Assembly: GCA_918241715.1 (NCBI GenBank)
Contig: CAKJYB010000042.1
Span: 1-32,363 of the forward strand
Reading direction: 5' to 3'
Length of the DNA stretch: 32,363 nt
Source of the DNA: Clostridiales bacterium
Lineage (GTDB): Bacteria; Bacillota; Clostridia; Christensenellales; UBA1242
The translations under genes were made by a program, and so were the position numbers. The notes beneath the pieces were generated by a model, which saw only the letters and a program-made list of their open reading frames with translations, made no database searches and had not been told where the DNA came from. Shown here piece after piece: positions 9,359 through 17,656 of this stretch (positions are counted from its first letter, which is position 1; each line of letters begins with the position of its first letter).

Positions 9359-12043
9359 ATGAATTCGATGGGATTAAGCATTGTAGAAAATGTTGTAAAA
9401 TTTCTCACCAACGTAACAAGCAAACTTGGTATTGACTTGTTGTTTGTTATTGCTCTTGGCGTGGAAGTTTTGTTTGTTTTGTTCTATCTGATTAGATCTG
9501 CTTCGTCTTACGAAGTATCTTTAAATCGTGCATTGAACAAAATAAATTATTGGCTTTTTGAAAAGAAACATGTTACAGAAGAAAACATTAGAAGTTTGAA
9601 TGTTCTTTTCAAAACAAAGGCACCAAAAAGATTGACATATTATTGGCATCAATACGTTTTGTTTAGAGAAGGTGTTCCATCAAGTTATTTCACAGCAGAA
9701 AACTTGATTGAAAAACCAACAAAGACAAGTTCGTATAAAGCAAACATCAGAAAACTTGGAATCTTCTCCGGCTTCTGGGCTGCATTCGCTGCACTTTTCA
9801 TTCTTATCTTTGAAGGAAGAAACGGGGCTGCAGACACAGTGCTTAAAGGTTCGGTTTTGATTGAAGCAGTTTTGCTTGCTGTTGCAGTTGGACTTATTGG
9901 AATCTTGTTTATGCTCTTTATGAGTGCAAGAAGAAACAGCGTTTTGAATTCACTTTATCAAAATGTAAGTTTGTTTGACAGATTTATGGATAACGCCTGC
10001 ACAGATCTTCCATCATATATTGACTATCAAATCTTGTTTACTCCTGCCGAAATTGAAAAAGGCCAACCAGTTTTGAGAGAGTTCTTGGATTTTAAAGCAA
10101 GAAAAGAAAAGGAAGAATTCACAAAAGCAAAAGAAGAGCAAATCGATTATGTTACATACGACTTTAGCTCAACAGGTGTTGATGGCTCAGTTGTTCTTGA
10201 AAGAGCAATGAGAGAAAGTGAAAAGTTCTTGAAGAAGAGAGAAAAACTTCTTGTTCAGGTTTCACAACTTGAAGCAGAACTTGATTCAAGAAAGAAAAAC
10301 TTTGACAACATTCAAAGAGAATCTCAAACAAAGATTCAAGCATCTAAAGAAAACATTCAAAGACTCCGTCAGATGCAAGAAGAAACAACAAACAGAATTG
10401 AAAGCAACTACTATAGAAAACAACAAACTCAAGAAGCTGCAAAACAAGAGCAGTTGGAACAAGAGTTTGAACAACAAAGAGCAAAATACTTGCTTGAAAA
10501 AGGTGAGTGTGAAGAAGAGATTGCAAAACTTAATGCTGACCTTGAAAAGTATAGACTTGATGTTGAAAACGCAATGCTCAATGAATATAAGACATTCTTT
10601 GATAAGTTCTGCCACAGCGCTGAAAAAGTTGTTGCAAAAGTGTTTGACGAAAAGTTTAACGAAATGAAAGGTCAAATCGAACAAGACAAGCGCACAATTA
10701 CAGAACTTGAAATCAAGACAAAAAATATCCCTGCTCCACCAGAAGATTTGGGACAACAGATGCTTGGGGAATACGACGCCGAAGGAAATTATGTATATCC
10801 AAACGGAACATTCTATGACAGAAACGGAAACTTCCATGACGAAGAAGGAAGAATCTTTGCTCAAGATGGAACACTCTTGTATCTTCCAGAAGAGCCAAAA
10901 GAAGAAAAGCCAAAATCATTTGTTGATTTGGACGAACTTGATTCATTTGAATTTATGACAGATGTTGCTCAAAAGAATGACATTTATGATGTGGCAACAA
11001 ATGTTGTAAACGAAGTTGATAAAGACGAAGATATCGAAGTTATCAACAGCGCAAAAGAAAGAGAAAAGGCTGCTGCAGAAGCTGAAGCTGCCAAAGTTGA
11101 AGAAGAAAAGCCTGTTGAAGCAAAATTTGAAAACTTCTCACTTGATGCAGAAGAAGCTCCACAGGAAGTTCCACAAGAACAGCCACAACCAGAGACCGAA
11201 GAACCACAAGAAGAAGAGCCTGCACCTGCAGAACCAGAAGAAGAACAGGAAGAGCCAGAAGAAGTCGAAGACGAAGAACCTGAAGAAAACGACTATGAAT
11301 ATGAAGAAGAAGTTATCGAACATGATGGCCGTCCAAGAAAGATTGTCAAAGAAGAAGACAAACCTGTAAGAAAACCAGGTCGTCCAAGAAAAGCTGTTGT
11401 TGCGAAAGCTTCAGCAAGAAAACCGGGCAGACCAAAAAAGGTTGAAACAAAAAAACCTGCAAGAAAACCTGGTAGACCTAAGAAAGTTGAGCCAGTAAGA
11501 AAACCAGGCAGACCAAAAAAGGTTGAAACAAAACCAGTAAGAGCAGTTGGTCGTCCAAGAAAAGTTGAAACGGCAAAGGCTCCAGCAAGAAAGCCGGGCA
11601 GACCAAAAAAAGTTGTTGAAGCTCCAAAGGCTCCAGCAAGAAAACCGGGCAGACCTAAGAAAGTAGAAACAAAGGCACCAGTTGCAACAAAGAAGGTTGG
11701 CCGTCCAAAGAAAGTTGTTGAAGAACCACAAGAAGTTCGTGGACGTGGCAGACCAAGAAAAGAATCTTTAAACGAAATCAACAAGCGTTTGTCAGCAGAA
11801 GAACAAAAACTTGCACAAATGAGAAAGATTTTAAACAGAGAGCTTGAAGATGCAATGGTTGGAGTAAATTCTACAAAGACAACAGGAAATAACCAAGACA
11901 GAAGAAGTCAAATCATGAAAGAAATTGACGATCTTCAAAAAGAAGCTCAAAAAGTTATGAAGTCAAACGGCTCTCAAGAAAAGATGGCCGAAATCAACGA
12001 AAAACTTGAAAGACTTTTAAATGAAATTCAAAACTTGGGTTAA
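9359..12043 (+). CDS. Large membrane-anchored coiled-coil protein with an acidic tract and ten AT-hook-like (GRP) motifs, ~894 aa
   Basis: AGGAGG RBS before ATG at 9359; three hydrophobic segments in the first ~190 aa; long E/Q/K heptad region; E/P-rich tract; repeated RKPGRPKK; own terminator. Confidence 0.9.
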   Translation: MNSMGLSIVENVVKFLTNVTSKLGIDLLFVIALGVEVLFVLFYLIRSASSYEVSLNRALNKINYWLFEKKHVTEENIRSLNVLFKTKAPKRLTYYWHQYVLFREGVPSSYFTAENLIEKPTKTSSYKANIRKLGIFSGFWAAFAALFILIFEGRNGAADTVLKGSVLIEAVLLAVAVGLIGILFMLFMSARRNSVLNSLYQNVSLFDRFMDNACTDLPSYIDYQILFTPAEIEKGQPVLREFLDFKARKEKEEFTKAKEEQIDYVTYDFSSTGVDGSVVLERAMRESEKFLKKREKLLVQVSQLEAELDSRKKNFDNIQRESQTKIQASKENIQRLRQMQEETTNRIESNYYRKQQTQEAAKQEQLEQEFEQQRAKYLLEKGECEEEIAKLNADLEKYRLDVENAMLNEYKTFFDKFCHSAEKVVAKVFDEKFNEMKGQIEQDKRTITELEIKTKNIPAPPEDLGQQMLGEYDAEGNYVYPNGTFYDRNGNFHDEEGRIFAQDGTLLYLPEEPKEEKPKSFVDLDELDSFEFMTDVAQKNDIYDVATNVVNEVDKDEDIEVINSAKEREKAAAEAEAAKVEEEKPVEAKFENFSLDAEEAPQEVPQEQPQPETEEPQEEEPAPAEPEEEQEEPEEVEDEEPEENDYEYEEEVIEHDGRPRKIVKEEDKPVRKPGRPRKAVVAKASARKPGRPKKVETKKPARKPGRPKKVEPVRKPGRPKKVETKPVRAVGRPRKVETAKAPARKPGRPKKVVEAPKAPARKPGRPKKVETKAPVATKKVGRPKKVVEEPQEVRGRGRPRKESLNEINKRLSAEEQKLAQMRKILNRELEDAMVGVNSTKTTGNNQDRRSQIMKEIDDLQKEAQKVMKSNGSQEKMAEINEKLERLLNEIQNLG
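11327..11762 (+). repeat. Intragenic repeat encoding ten (R/K)xxGRP(R/K)K-type motifs
   Basis: Degenerate DNA repeat (agaaaaccnggnagaccnaanaa) translating to DGRPRK, RKPGRPRK, five RKPGRPKK, AVGRPRK, KVGRPKK and RGRGRPRK. Confidence 0.85.
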
Positions 12044-12048
12044 AAAAG

Positions 12049-12075
12049 AAAAGACCGATAATTCGGTCTTTTTTT
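12049..12075. terminator. Bidirectional intrinsic terminator
   Basis: AAAAGACCGA-taat-TCGGTCTTTT between convergent genes. Confidence 0.85.
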
Positions 12076-12085
12076 ATTATTCTTT

Positions 12086-12385
12086 TTAGAATGGCCAAAA
12101 CTCAATCCAGCCTTTTGCCAATCCCCAAATTGTAAAGGCGAATGCTGCAATAATGCAAAGCATGCTCAAAAAGTAAAAGAGTTTTGCAAAGCCTTGATTT
12201 CCTGCTCTTTTTTGGTAGCCACCTGTAAACATGAGTGCCAAACCAACAAAAAACAAAATGTAAGTTAAAACAAGGAAGTTATCCAAAAACTTTATTGCGT
12301 GAAAGATGTAGATAACTGAAAAGCCAATTGCTACGGCGCTGCAAACAAGAGCCATTATTAAGTTTTTTTTCTGAACTCTGTCCAT
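12086..12385 (-). CDS. Small integral membrane protein (3 TM), ~99 aa
   Basis: Three hydrophobic segments; start moved to ATG at 12385 (MDRVQKK) because the upstream ATG lies only 2 nt after a TTGACA-17-TATGAT promoter. Confidence 0.75.
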   Translation of the reverse strand: MDRVQKKNLIMALVCSAVAIGFSVIYIFHAIKFLDNFLVLTYILFFVGLALMFTGGYQKRAGNQGFAKLFYFLSMLCIIAAFAFTIWGLAKGWIEFWPF

Positions 12386-12452
12386 AAAACCACTCACTTT
12401 ATACATATATCATAAAATCTTTACAAAAATATGTCAAACAAATTTGTGCAAA

Positions 12453-13316
12453 TTAAAAGTCAGGAACATATTTTTCACTGGCACTTTCAAAGTCTTGAAC
12501 ATAACCATTTGAAAGTTCTAAACTCTCCAAATGTGCAATAACGGCCTTATATTCGATTGGTTTGAGTTTTCTGTCAAGTTTGCTTTTTCCGTTTGGGGTA
12601 AACTGACTCATCACACTTATTTTTCTTGTTGGGAAGAAGTCGTTTATGATGTTTAGCACATTTATCGAATTTTCAACGTGTCCGGGCAAAACCAAATGAC
12701 GAATGACAACGCCTTGTTTCATAAATTCATTTTCCATTATGTCAGGCTTTTGTTTGCACATTTCTTTAAGTGCTGGCAGAGCCTGAGAAAAATAGTCATT
12801 ACATTTTGAAAACTCTCTGCCAAGATTGTCATTTGCATACTTAAAATCTGTCAAAAAGACGTCAACAAATTTGCTTACACGTTTGATGTTTTCTGTTGTT
12901 TCGTAGCCGTTTGTATTCCAAACGACAGGGATTTTTTTGTTTATTTTTTCAAAGGCAGACAAAAGAGAATCTGAAAAGTGTGTTGGTGTGATAAGGTCTA
13001 TTGAAGAATGAGAATCTTGATTTTCTTCTATAAGTTTGACAAACTCTTCAACAGAATATTCCTTTCCAACACCACCACGTGAGATTTCGTAGTTTTGACA
13101 ATAATCACACCTTAAGTTGCAACCAGAAAAGAAGATGGCAAGAGCACCTTTTTCTCCTGTTATACAAGGTTCTTCCCACTGAAAGTTTTTTATGATTTTT
13201 GCAATTTTTAAAGTGCTGTGCTCATTGCAAAAACCCAAAAAATTTGTTCTGTCAATATGACATTTTCTTGGGCATGCACTGCAAAATTTTTTGTCAAAAA
13301 CGTCTTTTTTCTGCAT
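12453..13316 (-). CDS. Radical SAM protein, PflX-like (pyruvate formate-lyase activating enzyme related)
   Basis: N-terminal CSACPRKC, WEEPCITG, FFSGCNLRCDYCQNYEIS (CxxxCxxC), LITPTHF, VVWNTNGYE, DFKY, IRHLVLPG. Confidence 0.88.
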   Translation of the reverse strand: MQKKDVFDKKFCSACPRKCHIDRTNFLGFCNEHSTLKIAKIIKNFQWEEPCITGEKGALAIFFSGCNLRCDYCQNYEISRGGVGKEYSVEEFVKLIEENQDSHSSIDLITPTHFSDSLLSAFEKINKKIPVVWNTNGYETTENIKRVSKFVDVFLTDFKYANDNLGREFSKCNDYFSQALPALKEMCKQKPDIMENEFMKQGVVIRHLVLPGHVENSINVLNIINDFFPTRKISVMSQFTPNGKSKLDRKLKPIEYKAVIAHLESLELSNGYVQDFESASEKYVPDF

Positions 13317-13322
13317 ACATAC

Positions 13323-13352
13323 ATTCTAGCACAACAGCATTGAAATTTTCAA
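13323..13352 (-). promoter_or_regulatory. SigmaA promoter TTGAAA-18-TAGAAT with extended TG (leaderless)
   Basis: -10 ends 6 nt before ATG at 13316; no SD. Confidence 0.6.
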
Positions 13353-13377
13353 GGTTTTTAACAAGGAACACAAATAC

Positions 13378-13406
13378 TAGACAAAGCACGCAAAATATGA
13401 TATAAT
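13378..13406 (+). promoter_or_regulatory. SigmaA promoter TAGACA-17-TATAAT with extended TG
   Basis: Near-consensus hexamers upstream of the gene at 13456. Confidence 0.65.
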
Positions 13407-13455
13407 ATCACCTGTTAATCAGAATAAACCTAGATTAACAAAAAGGAGAAATATT

Positions 13456-14832
13456 TTGAATCACCCCAGTTTGCTTTTGGCAACACAATTTAATTACATA
13501 CATGGAATTTTAATAGCAGTTATTGTTTTCTTACTTGTTTGTTCGGCATTCTTTTCTGCAAGCGAAACAGCATATGCTTCTATGAACGTCATAAGAATTC
13601 GTTCTATGGCAGAAAACAAAGTCAAGGGCGCAAGAAGAACGCTTTATATAGCAGAACACTCTGACAGAGCTTTGACAACAATTTTGGTTGGAAACAACAT
13701 TGTAAACATTCTGGCAACCACGATGTGTGCTTACATTCTTTCAAGATTTATAAGCAGTGCAACACTCTACAACATTTTAAACACGGTTGTTATGACAATC
13801 ATAATTTTGATAACCGGAGAAATTTTGCCAAAGGCTTATGCAAAGGCACGTCCTGAAGCTGTTGCAATCAAATTTTCTGCAATAATGTTTGTGCTTATGA
13901 AACTTATGTATCCACTTGTTATTTGCTTTTATGGATTGCAAAAAGCGTTTACCAAAAAGGCAGCAAAAAATGACAATGCCGTAACGGTTACAGAAGATGA
14001 GCTTGAAGATATTATTGACACAATGGAAGAAGAAGGTGTGCTTGAAGATGGAGAAACGGACATTATTCAAGGGGCACTTAAAATCAAAGAAGTTACGATT
14101 GACAATATTATGACGCACAGAGTTGATGTTGTGTTTTTGGACATAAACTCAACAGAAGAAGAAGTTGAAAAGGTTTTTGCTGAATATCAATATAGCAGAA
14201 TTCCTGTTTATGAAGGAACAACTGACAACATTGTTGGAATTGTAAACATCAAAGATGTGTTTAGTTTTAAAATGCAAGGCAAAAAATTTCAACTTAGAAA
14301 TGTTTTGACAAAGCCACTCTTTACTGCAGAAAACACAAACGTTGACACGCTTATAAGAGAGATGCAAAAGAAAAGAAGCCACATTGCAGTTGTGTTGGAC
14401 GAAAATGGTGGAGTGTCTGGAATTGTAACACTTGAAGACTGCGTTGAAACCGTGTTTGGAGAAATCTACGACGAAACAGACAAAGACGAAAAGGAACCTG
14501 TCTTTGAAAAAATTGGAGAAAACGAATACAAGATTGATGCAGACATAAGCGTTGAAGATCTTTTTGAAAGACTTGAAATTGAAACTCTTCCAGAAGACCC
14601 ATATCAACCACTTTATTCTTTTGTCTTTGATTTGTCAGAAGACGTCCCTTCAATTGGAGAAAAGATTGAATACAACACAATTGACGAAATTATTGACGAC
14701 GAAGGAAACTTGACAAGACACAATATCACAATGGTATTTACAATCACAAAACTTGACGGACACAGAATTGAAATGGTAAATCTTCAAATTGTTGACAACG
14801 GCGACGAAAAAGAAGAAGAGAAGAAAGAATAG
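13456..14832 (+). CDS. CNNM/DUF21-CBS-CorC (HlyC/CorC, hemolysin-family) Mg2+ transport-associated protein
   Basis: SAFFSASETA, TILVGNNIVN, GEILPK, tandem CBS motifs (YSRIPVY, HIAVVLDENGGVSGIVTLED); AAAGGAG RBS with a TTG start. Confidence 0.9.
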   Translation: MNHPSLLLATQFNYIHGILIAVIVFLLVCSAFFSASETAYASMNVIRIRSMAENKVKGARRTLYIAEHSDRALTTILVGNNIVNILATTMCAYILSRFISSATLYNILNTVVMTIIILITGEILPKAYAKARPEAVAIKFSAIMFVLMKLMYPLVICFYGLQKAFTKKAAKNDNAVTVTEDELEDIIDTMEEEGVLEDGETDIIQGALKIKEVTIDNIMTHRVDVVFLDINSTEEEVEKVFAEYQYSRIPVYEGTTDNIVGIVNIKDVFSFKMQGKKFQLRNVLTKPLFTAENTNVDTLIREMQKKRSHIAVVLDENGGVSGIVTLEDCVETVFGEIYDETDKDEKEPVFEKIGENEYKIDADISVEDLFERLEIETLPEDPYQPLYSFVFDLSEDVPSIGEKIEYNTIDEIIDDEGNLTRHNITMVFTITKLDGHRIEMVNLQIVDNGDEKEEEKKE

Positions 14833-14880
14833 TTGAAAAAACTTTGTTTTTTGTGATAAAATAGTTTTAGGAGACAAAAC

Positions 14881-15276
14881 ATGAACGAACAAGAAATCAT
14901 TAAACCACATTTGGTAAAACCACTTTTAGACAAGGTTGTTTTTGAAAGACTTGGCTTTCCTTCAAACAATGCAACAATAAACATCAAACCAGAAGATTTT
15001 ATTGATGTAAGAAAGGTGTCTGAAGAAGTTGTAAAAGTGACAATGACAAGAGAACTTAACATTCAACCTGCAAACCTTATGAAACTTGCAGTAACAATGA
15101 GTGTTGACATTCCTGTTGACTCAATTGAATTTGGCAAACTTCCAGACCCAAAAGGATTTATCAAAACAAGCCAACCTGTAAGAATTTTGGTTTCTTACAT
15201 TTCAAACATGATTACAAATCTTTCTATGAACACGATTTTGGGACCTATCGTAACCCCACCAAACATTCAAGAATAA
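14881..15276 (+). CDS. Hypothetical protein, possibly SecB-like fold, 131 aa
   Basis: AGGAG RBS; own TTGAAA-17-TAAAAT promoter; C-terminal SYISNMITNLSMNTILGPIVTPP resembles the SecB-like helix followed by PxxxPP. Confidence 0.6.
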   Translation: MNEQEIIKPHLVKPLLDKVVFERLGFPSNNATINIKPEDFIDVRKVSEEVVKVTMTRELNIQPANLMKLAVTMSVDIPVDSIEFGKLPDPKGFIKTSQPVRILVSYISNMITNLSMNTILGPIVTPPNIQE

Positions 15277-15300
15277 GTTGGTGCATACTGCACCACTTGT

Positions 15301-15374
15301 GCGGGTGTAGTACATCGGTAGTATGCGAGCTTCCCAAGCTTGAGAGGTGGGTCCGACTCCCATCATCCGCTCCA
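15301..15374 (+). tRNA. tRNA-Gly (CCC)
   Basis: Acceptor stem GCGGGTG/CATCCGC, anticodon arm CGAGC-TTCCCAA-GCTTG, T-arm GTGGG-TCCGACT-CCCAT, encoded TCCA end. Confidence 0.93.
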
Positions 15375-15380
15375 AAAATC

Positions 15381-15404
15381 AGACAGACTTTGTCTGTCTT
15401 TTTT
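15381..15404 (+). terminator. Intrinsic terminator after tRNA-Gly
   Basis: AGACAGAC-ttt-GTCTGTCT followed by a T-tract. Confidence 0.85.
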
Positions 15405-15451
15405 GTTAATTTAAACAAAACGCTTGCTTTTTTTGTGGAATCTGTTATAAT

Positions 15452-15476
15452 AATTCAGACCAATTTGGTAGGAATT
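15452..15476. promoter_or_regulatory. Rrf2-family (IscR/CymR-like) operator candidate
   Basis: Imperfect 25-bp palindrome AATTCagACCAAtTTGGTagGAATT immediately after the suf -10 (TGtTATAAT). Confidence 0.6.
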
Positions 15477-15512
15477 CAAAAACCTGCGCAAATTTTTTAT
15501 TGTGGAGAGAAC

Positions 15513-16256
15513 ATGAAAAAACTTTTAGAAATCAAAAACCTTTCAGCAAAAGTAAACGACAAAAAGATTTTAAACGGGCTCAATCTTGTTGTAAACAAGG
15601 GGGAGATTCACGTTATTATGGGACCAAACGGGGCAGGCAAGAGCACGCTTGCAAACGTTGTTTTTTCCAACCCTGCATACGAAAAAACTGCTGGAAAGAT
15701 TGTTTTTGATGGAAAAGATATAACAAATATGAAGACGGACGAAATTGCACGTCTGGGCGTTTTTATGTCATTCCAAACACCAGAAGAAATTTCAGGCGTC
15801 AGCGTTTTTAATTTTCTTAAAACTGCAAAAGGAAAAATTGAAGGCAAAAATGTAAATTATTTCGAGCTTAAAGAAGAACTCAAGAAAAACACAAAAGGAC
15901 TTAAGATGCCTTATGAAATGATTGACAGAGATCTCAACGTTGGCTTTTCCGGTGGAGAAAAGAAGAAAAACGAAATTTTGCAGATGTTGGAGCTTAAGCC
16001 AAAACTTGCAATTTTGGACGAAACGGACTCTGGCCTTGATGTTGATGCAATAAGAATTGTGTCAAAAGGTATCGACATGTTTAAAAATGACGAAAACGCC
16101 GTTTTGATTATCACTCACTCTACAAAGATTTTGCAAAAGTTAAATGTCGACAAGGTGCACATTTTGATTGACGGAAAAATTGTCTACACAGGAGACAGCT
16201 CTCTTGCAGACGAAATAGAAAAAAATGGCTATGACAAGTTTAAGGCAGGTGTCTAA
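15513..16256 (+). CDS. sufC: Fe-S cluster assembly ATPase SufC
   Basis: GPNGAGKSTL, LNVGFSGGEKKKNEILQM, LDETDSGLDVDA; start reset to ATG at 15513 after GGAG. Confidence 0.95.
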   Translation: MKKLLEIKNLSAKVNDKKILNGLNLVVNKGEIHVIMGPNGAGKSTLANVVFSNPAYEKTAGKIVFDGKDITNMKTDEIARLGVFMSFQTPEEISGVSVFNFLKTAKGKIEGKNVNYFELKEELKKNTKGLKMPYEMIDRDLNVGFSGGEKKKNEILQMLELKPKLAILDETDSGLDVDAIRIVSKGIDMFKNDENAVLIITHSTKILQKLNVDKVHILIDGKIVYTGDSSLADEIEKNGYDKFKAGV

Positions 16257-17656
16257 TGGCAAAGACACAGCTTGAAGAAGTAAATCAAAATTTTTATGAC
16301 TTCAAAAATGCTGACAACTATGATTTTAAAATGGAAAAGGGGTTGTCAGAAGAAATAGTCAGAGAAATTTCAAAAAAGAAAAAAGAGCCAAAGTGGGTTC
16401 TTGATTTAAGGTTGAAAGCGCTTGATGTCTACAACAAGTTGTCTCTTCCAACATGGGGACCAGATTTAAGCGAACTTAAGATGGACGAAATTTCAACTTA
16501 TGTAAGGCCAAAATCTTCTCTTCAAACAAAGTGGGAAGATGTGCCAAGTGAAATCAAAGACACGTTTGACAAACTTGGAATTCCAAAGGCAGAGCATGAA
16601 TATCTTGCAGGGGTTGGGGCGCAATATGACAGCGAAGTTGTCTATCATTCAATCAAAGAAAGTTTGTTGAAGCAGGGCGTCATTTACACAGATTTTGACA
16701 GCGCAATCAAAGAATATCCACAACTTGTAAAAGAATATTTTTCAAAATGTGTGCCAATTTTTGACCACAAGTTTGTTGCACTTCACTATGCAGTTTTTTC
16801 TGGTGGAAGTTTTGTCTATGTCCCAAAGGGAGTGAAACTTGAAATGCCACTTCAGTCTTATTTTAGATTAAACTCTCCGGAGAGTGGACAATTTGAACAC
16901 ACACTTATTATTGTTGACGAAGATGCAAGTTTGCATTTTATTGAAGGTTGCAGTGCACCAAAATATAACAAAGTAAATTTGCACGCAGGGTGTGTTGAAC
17001 TTTTTGTAAAGAAAGGGGCATCACTTAGATATTCGACAATAGAAAATTGGTCAAGAAACATGCTCAACTTAAACACGAAAAAGGCCATTGTTGAAAAAGA
17101 TGCAAAAATGGAGTGGATTTCTGGGAGTTTTGGGAGCAAGATTTCCATGCTTTATCCTATGAGTGTTTTGAAAGGGGACGACTCAAAGACAGAATACACC
17201 GGAATTTCCTTTGCAGGTGCAGGGCAAAACCTTGACACAGGATTTAAAGTTGTGCATATTGGAAAAAACACTTCAAGCGTGATTTCTTCAAGAAGCATCT
17301 CCAAGAATGGTGGAATTGCAACTTACAGAAGCCTTGTAAGCATTTTGCCAAATGCAACAAACAGCAAGTGCAGTGTAACTTGTGATGGGCTTATGCTTGA
17401 CGACTTGTCAAGAAGTGATACAATTCCAGTAAACAACGTTGAGAATTCGCAAGTTGCTTTTTCTCACGAAGCGAAAGTTGGAAAAATCAGCGAAAAGGCA
17501 ATTTTCTATCTTATGAGCAGGGGGCTCTCTGAAGAAGATGCAAAAGCTATGATTGTAAGGGGCTTTGCAAACCCTGTTTCAAAGGAACTTCCAATTGAAT
17601 ATGCAGTCGAAATGAACAGGCTTATAAATTTGGAATTGGAGGGAAGTATAGGATGA
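16256..17656 (+). CDS. sufB: Fe-S cluster assembly protein SufB
   Basis: GVGAQYDSEVVYH, GQFEHTLII, FIEGCSAP, HEAKVGKI, EYAVEMNRLI. Confidence 0.95.
   Translation: MAKTQLEEVNQNFYDFKNADNYDFKMEKGLSEEIVREISKKKKEPKWVLDLRLKALDVYNKLSLPTWGPDLSELKMDEISTYVRPKSSLQTKWEDVPSEIKDTFDKLGIPKAEHEYLAGVGAQYDSEVVYHSIKESLLKQGVIYTDFDSAIKEYPQLVKEYFSKCVPIFDHKFVALHYAVFSGGSFVYVPKGVKLEMPLQSYFRLNSPESGQFEHTLIIVDEDASLHFIEGCSAPKYNKVNLHAGCVELFVKKGASLRYSTIENWSRNMLNLNTKKAIVEKDAKMEWISGSFGSKISMLYPMSVLKGDDSKTEYTGISFAGAGQNLDTGFKVVHIGKNTSSVISSRSISKNGGIATYRSLVSILPNATNSKCSVTCDGLMLDDLSRSDTIPVNNVENSQVAFSHEAKVGKISEKAIFYLMSRGLSEEDAKAMIVRGFANPVSKELPIEYAVEMNRLINLELEGSIG

Noticed and set aside
11327-11762. Repeat array considered as CRISPR
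   Set aside because: Units are degenerate at third codon positions, stay in frame within a CDS, have short related spacers, and no cas genes are present
11293-11784. Antisense ORFs (163 aa and 106 aa) with repeated FLGLPGF or FWSAR
   Set aside because: Mirror translations of the GRP repeat on the coding strand; no RBS or promoter
15297-15512. N-terminal extension of SufC in the ORF track
   Set aside because: Runs through tRNA-Gly, its terminator and the suf promoter; the real start is ATG at 15513
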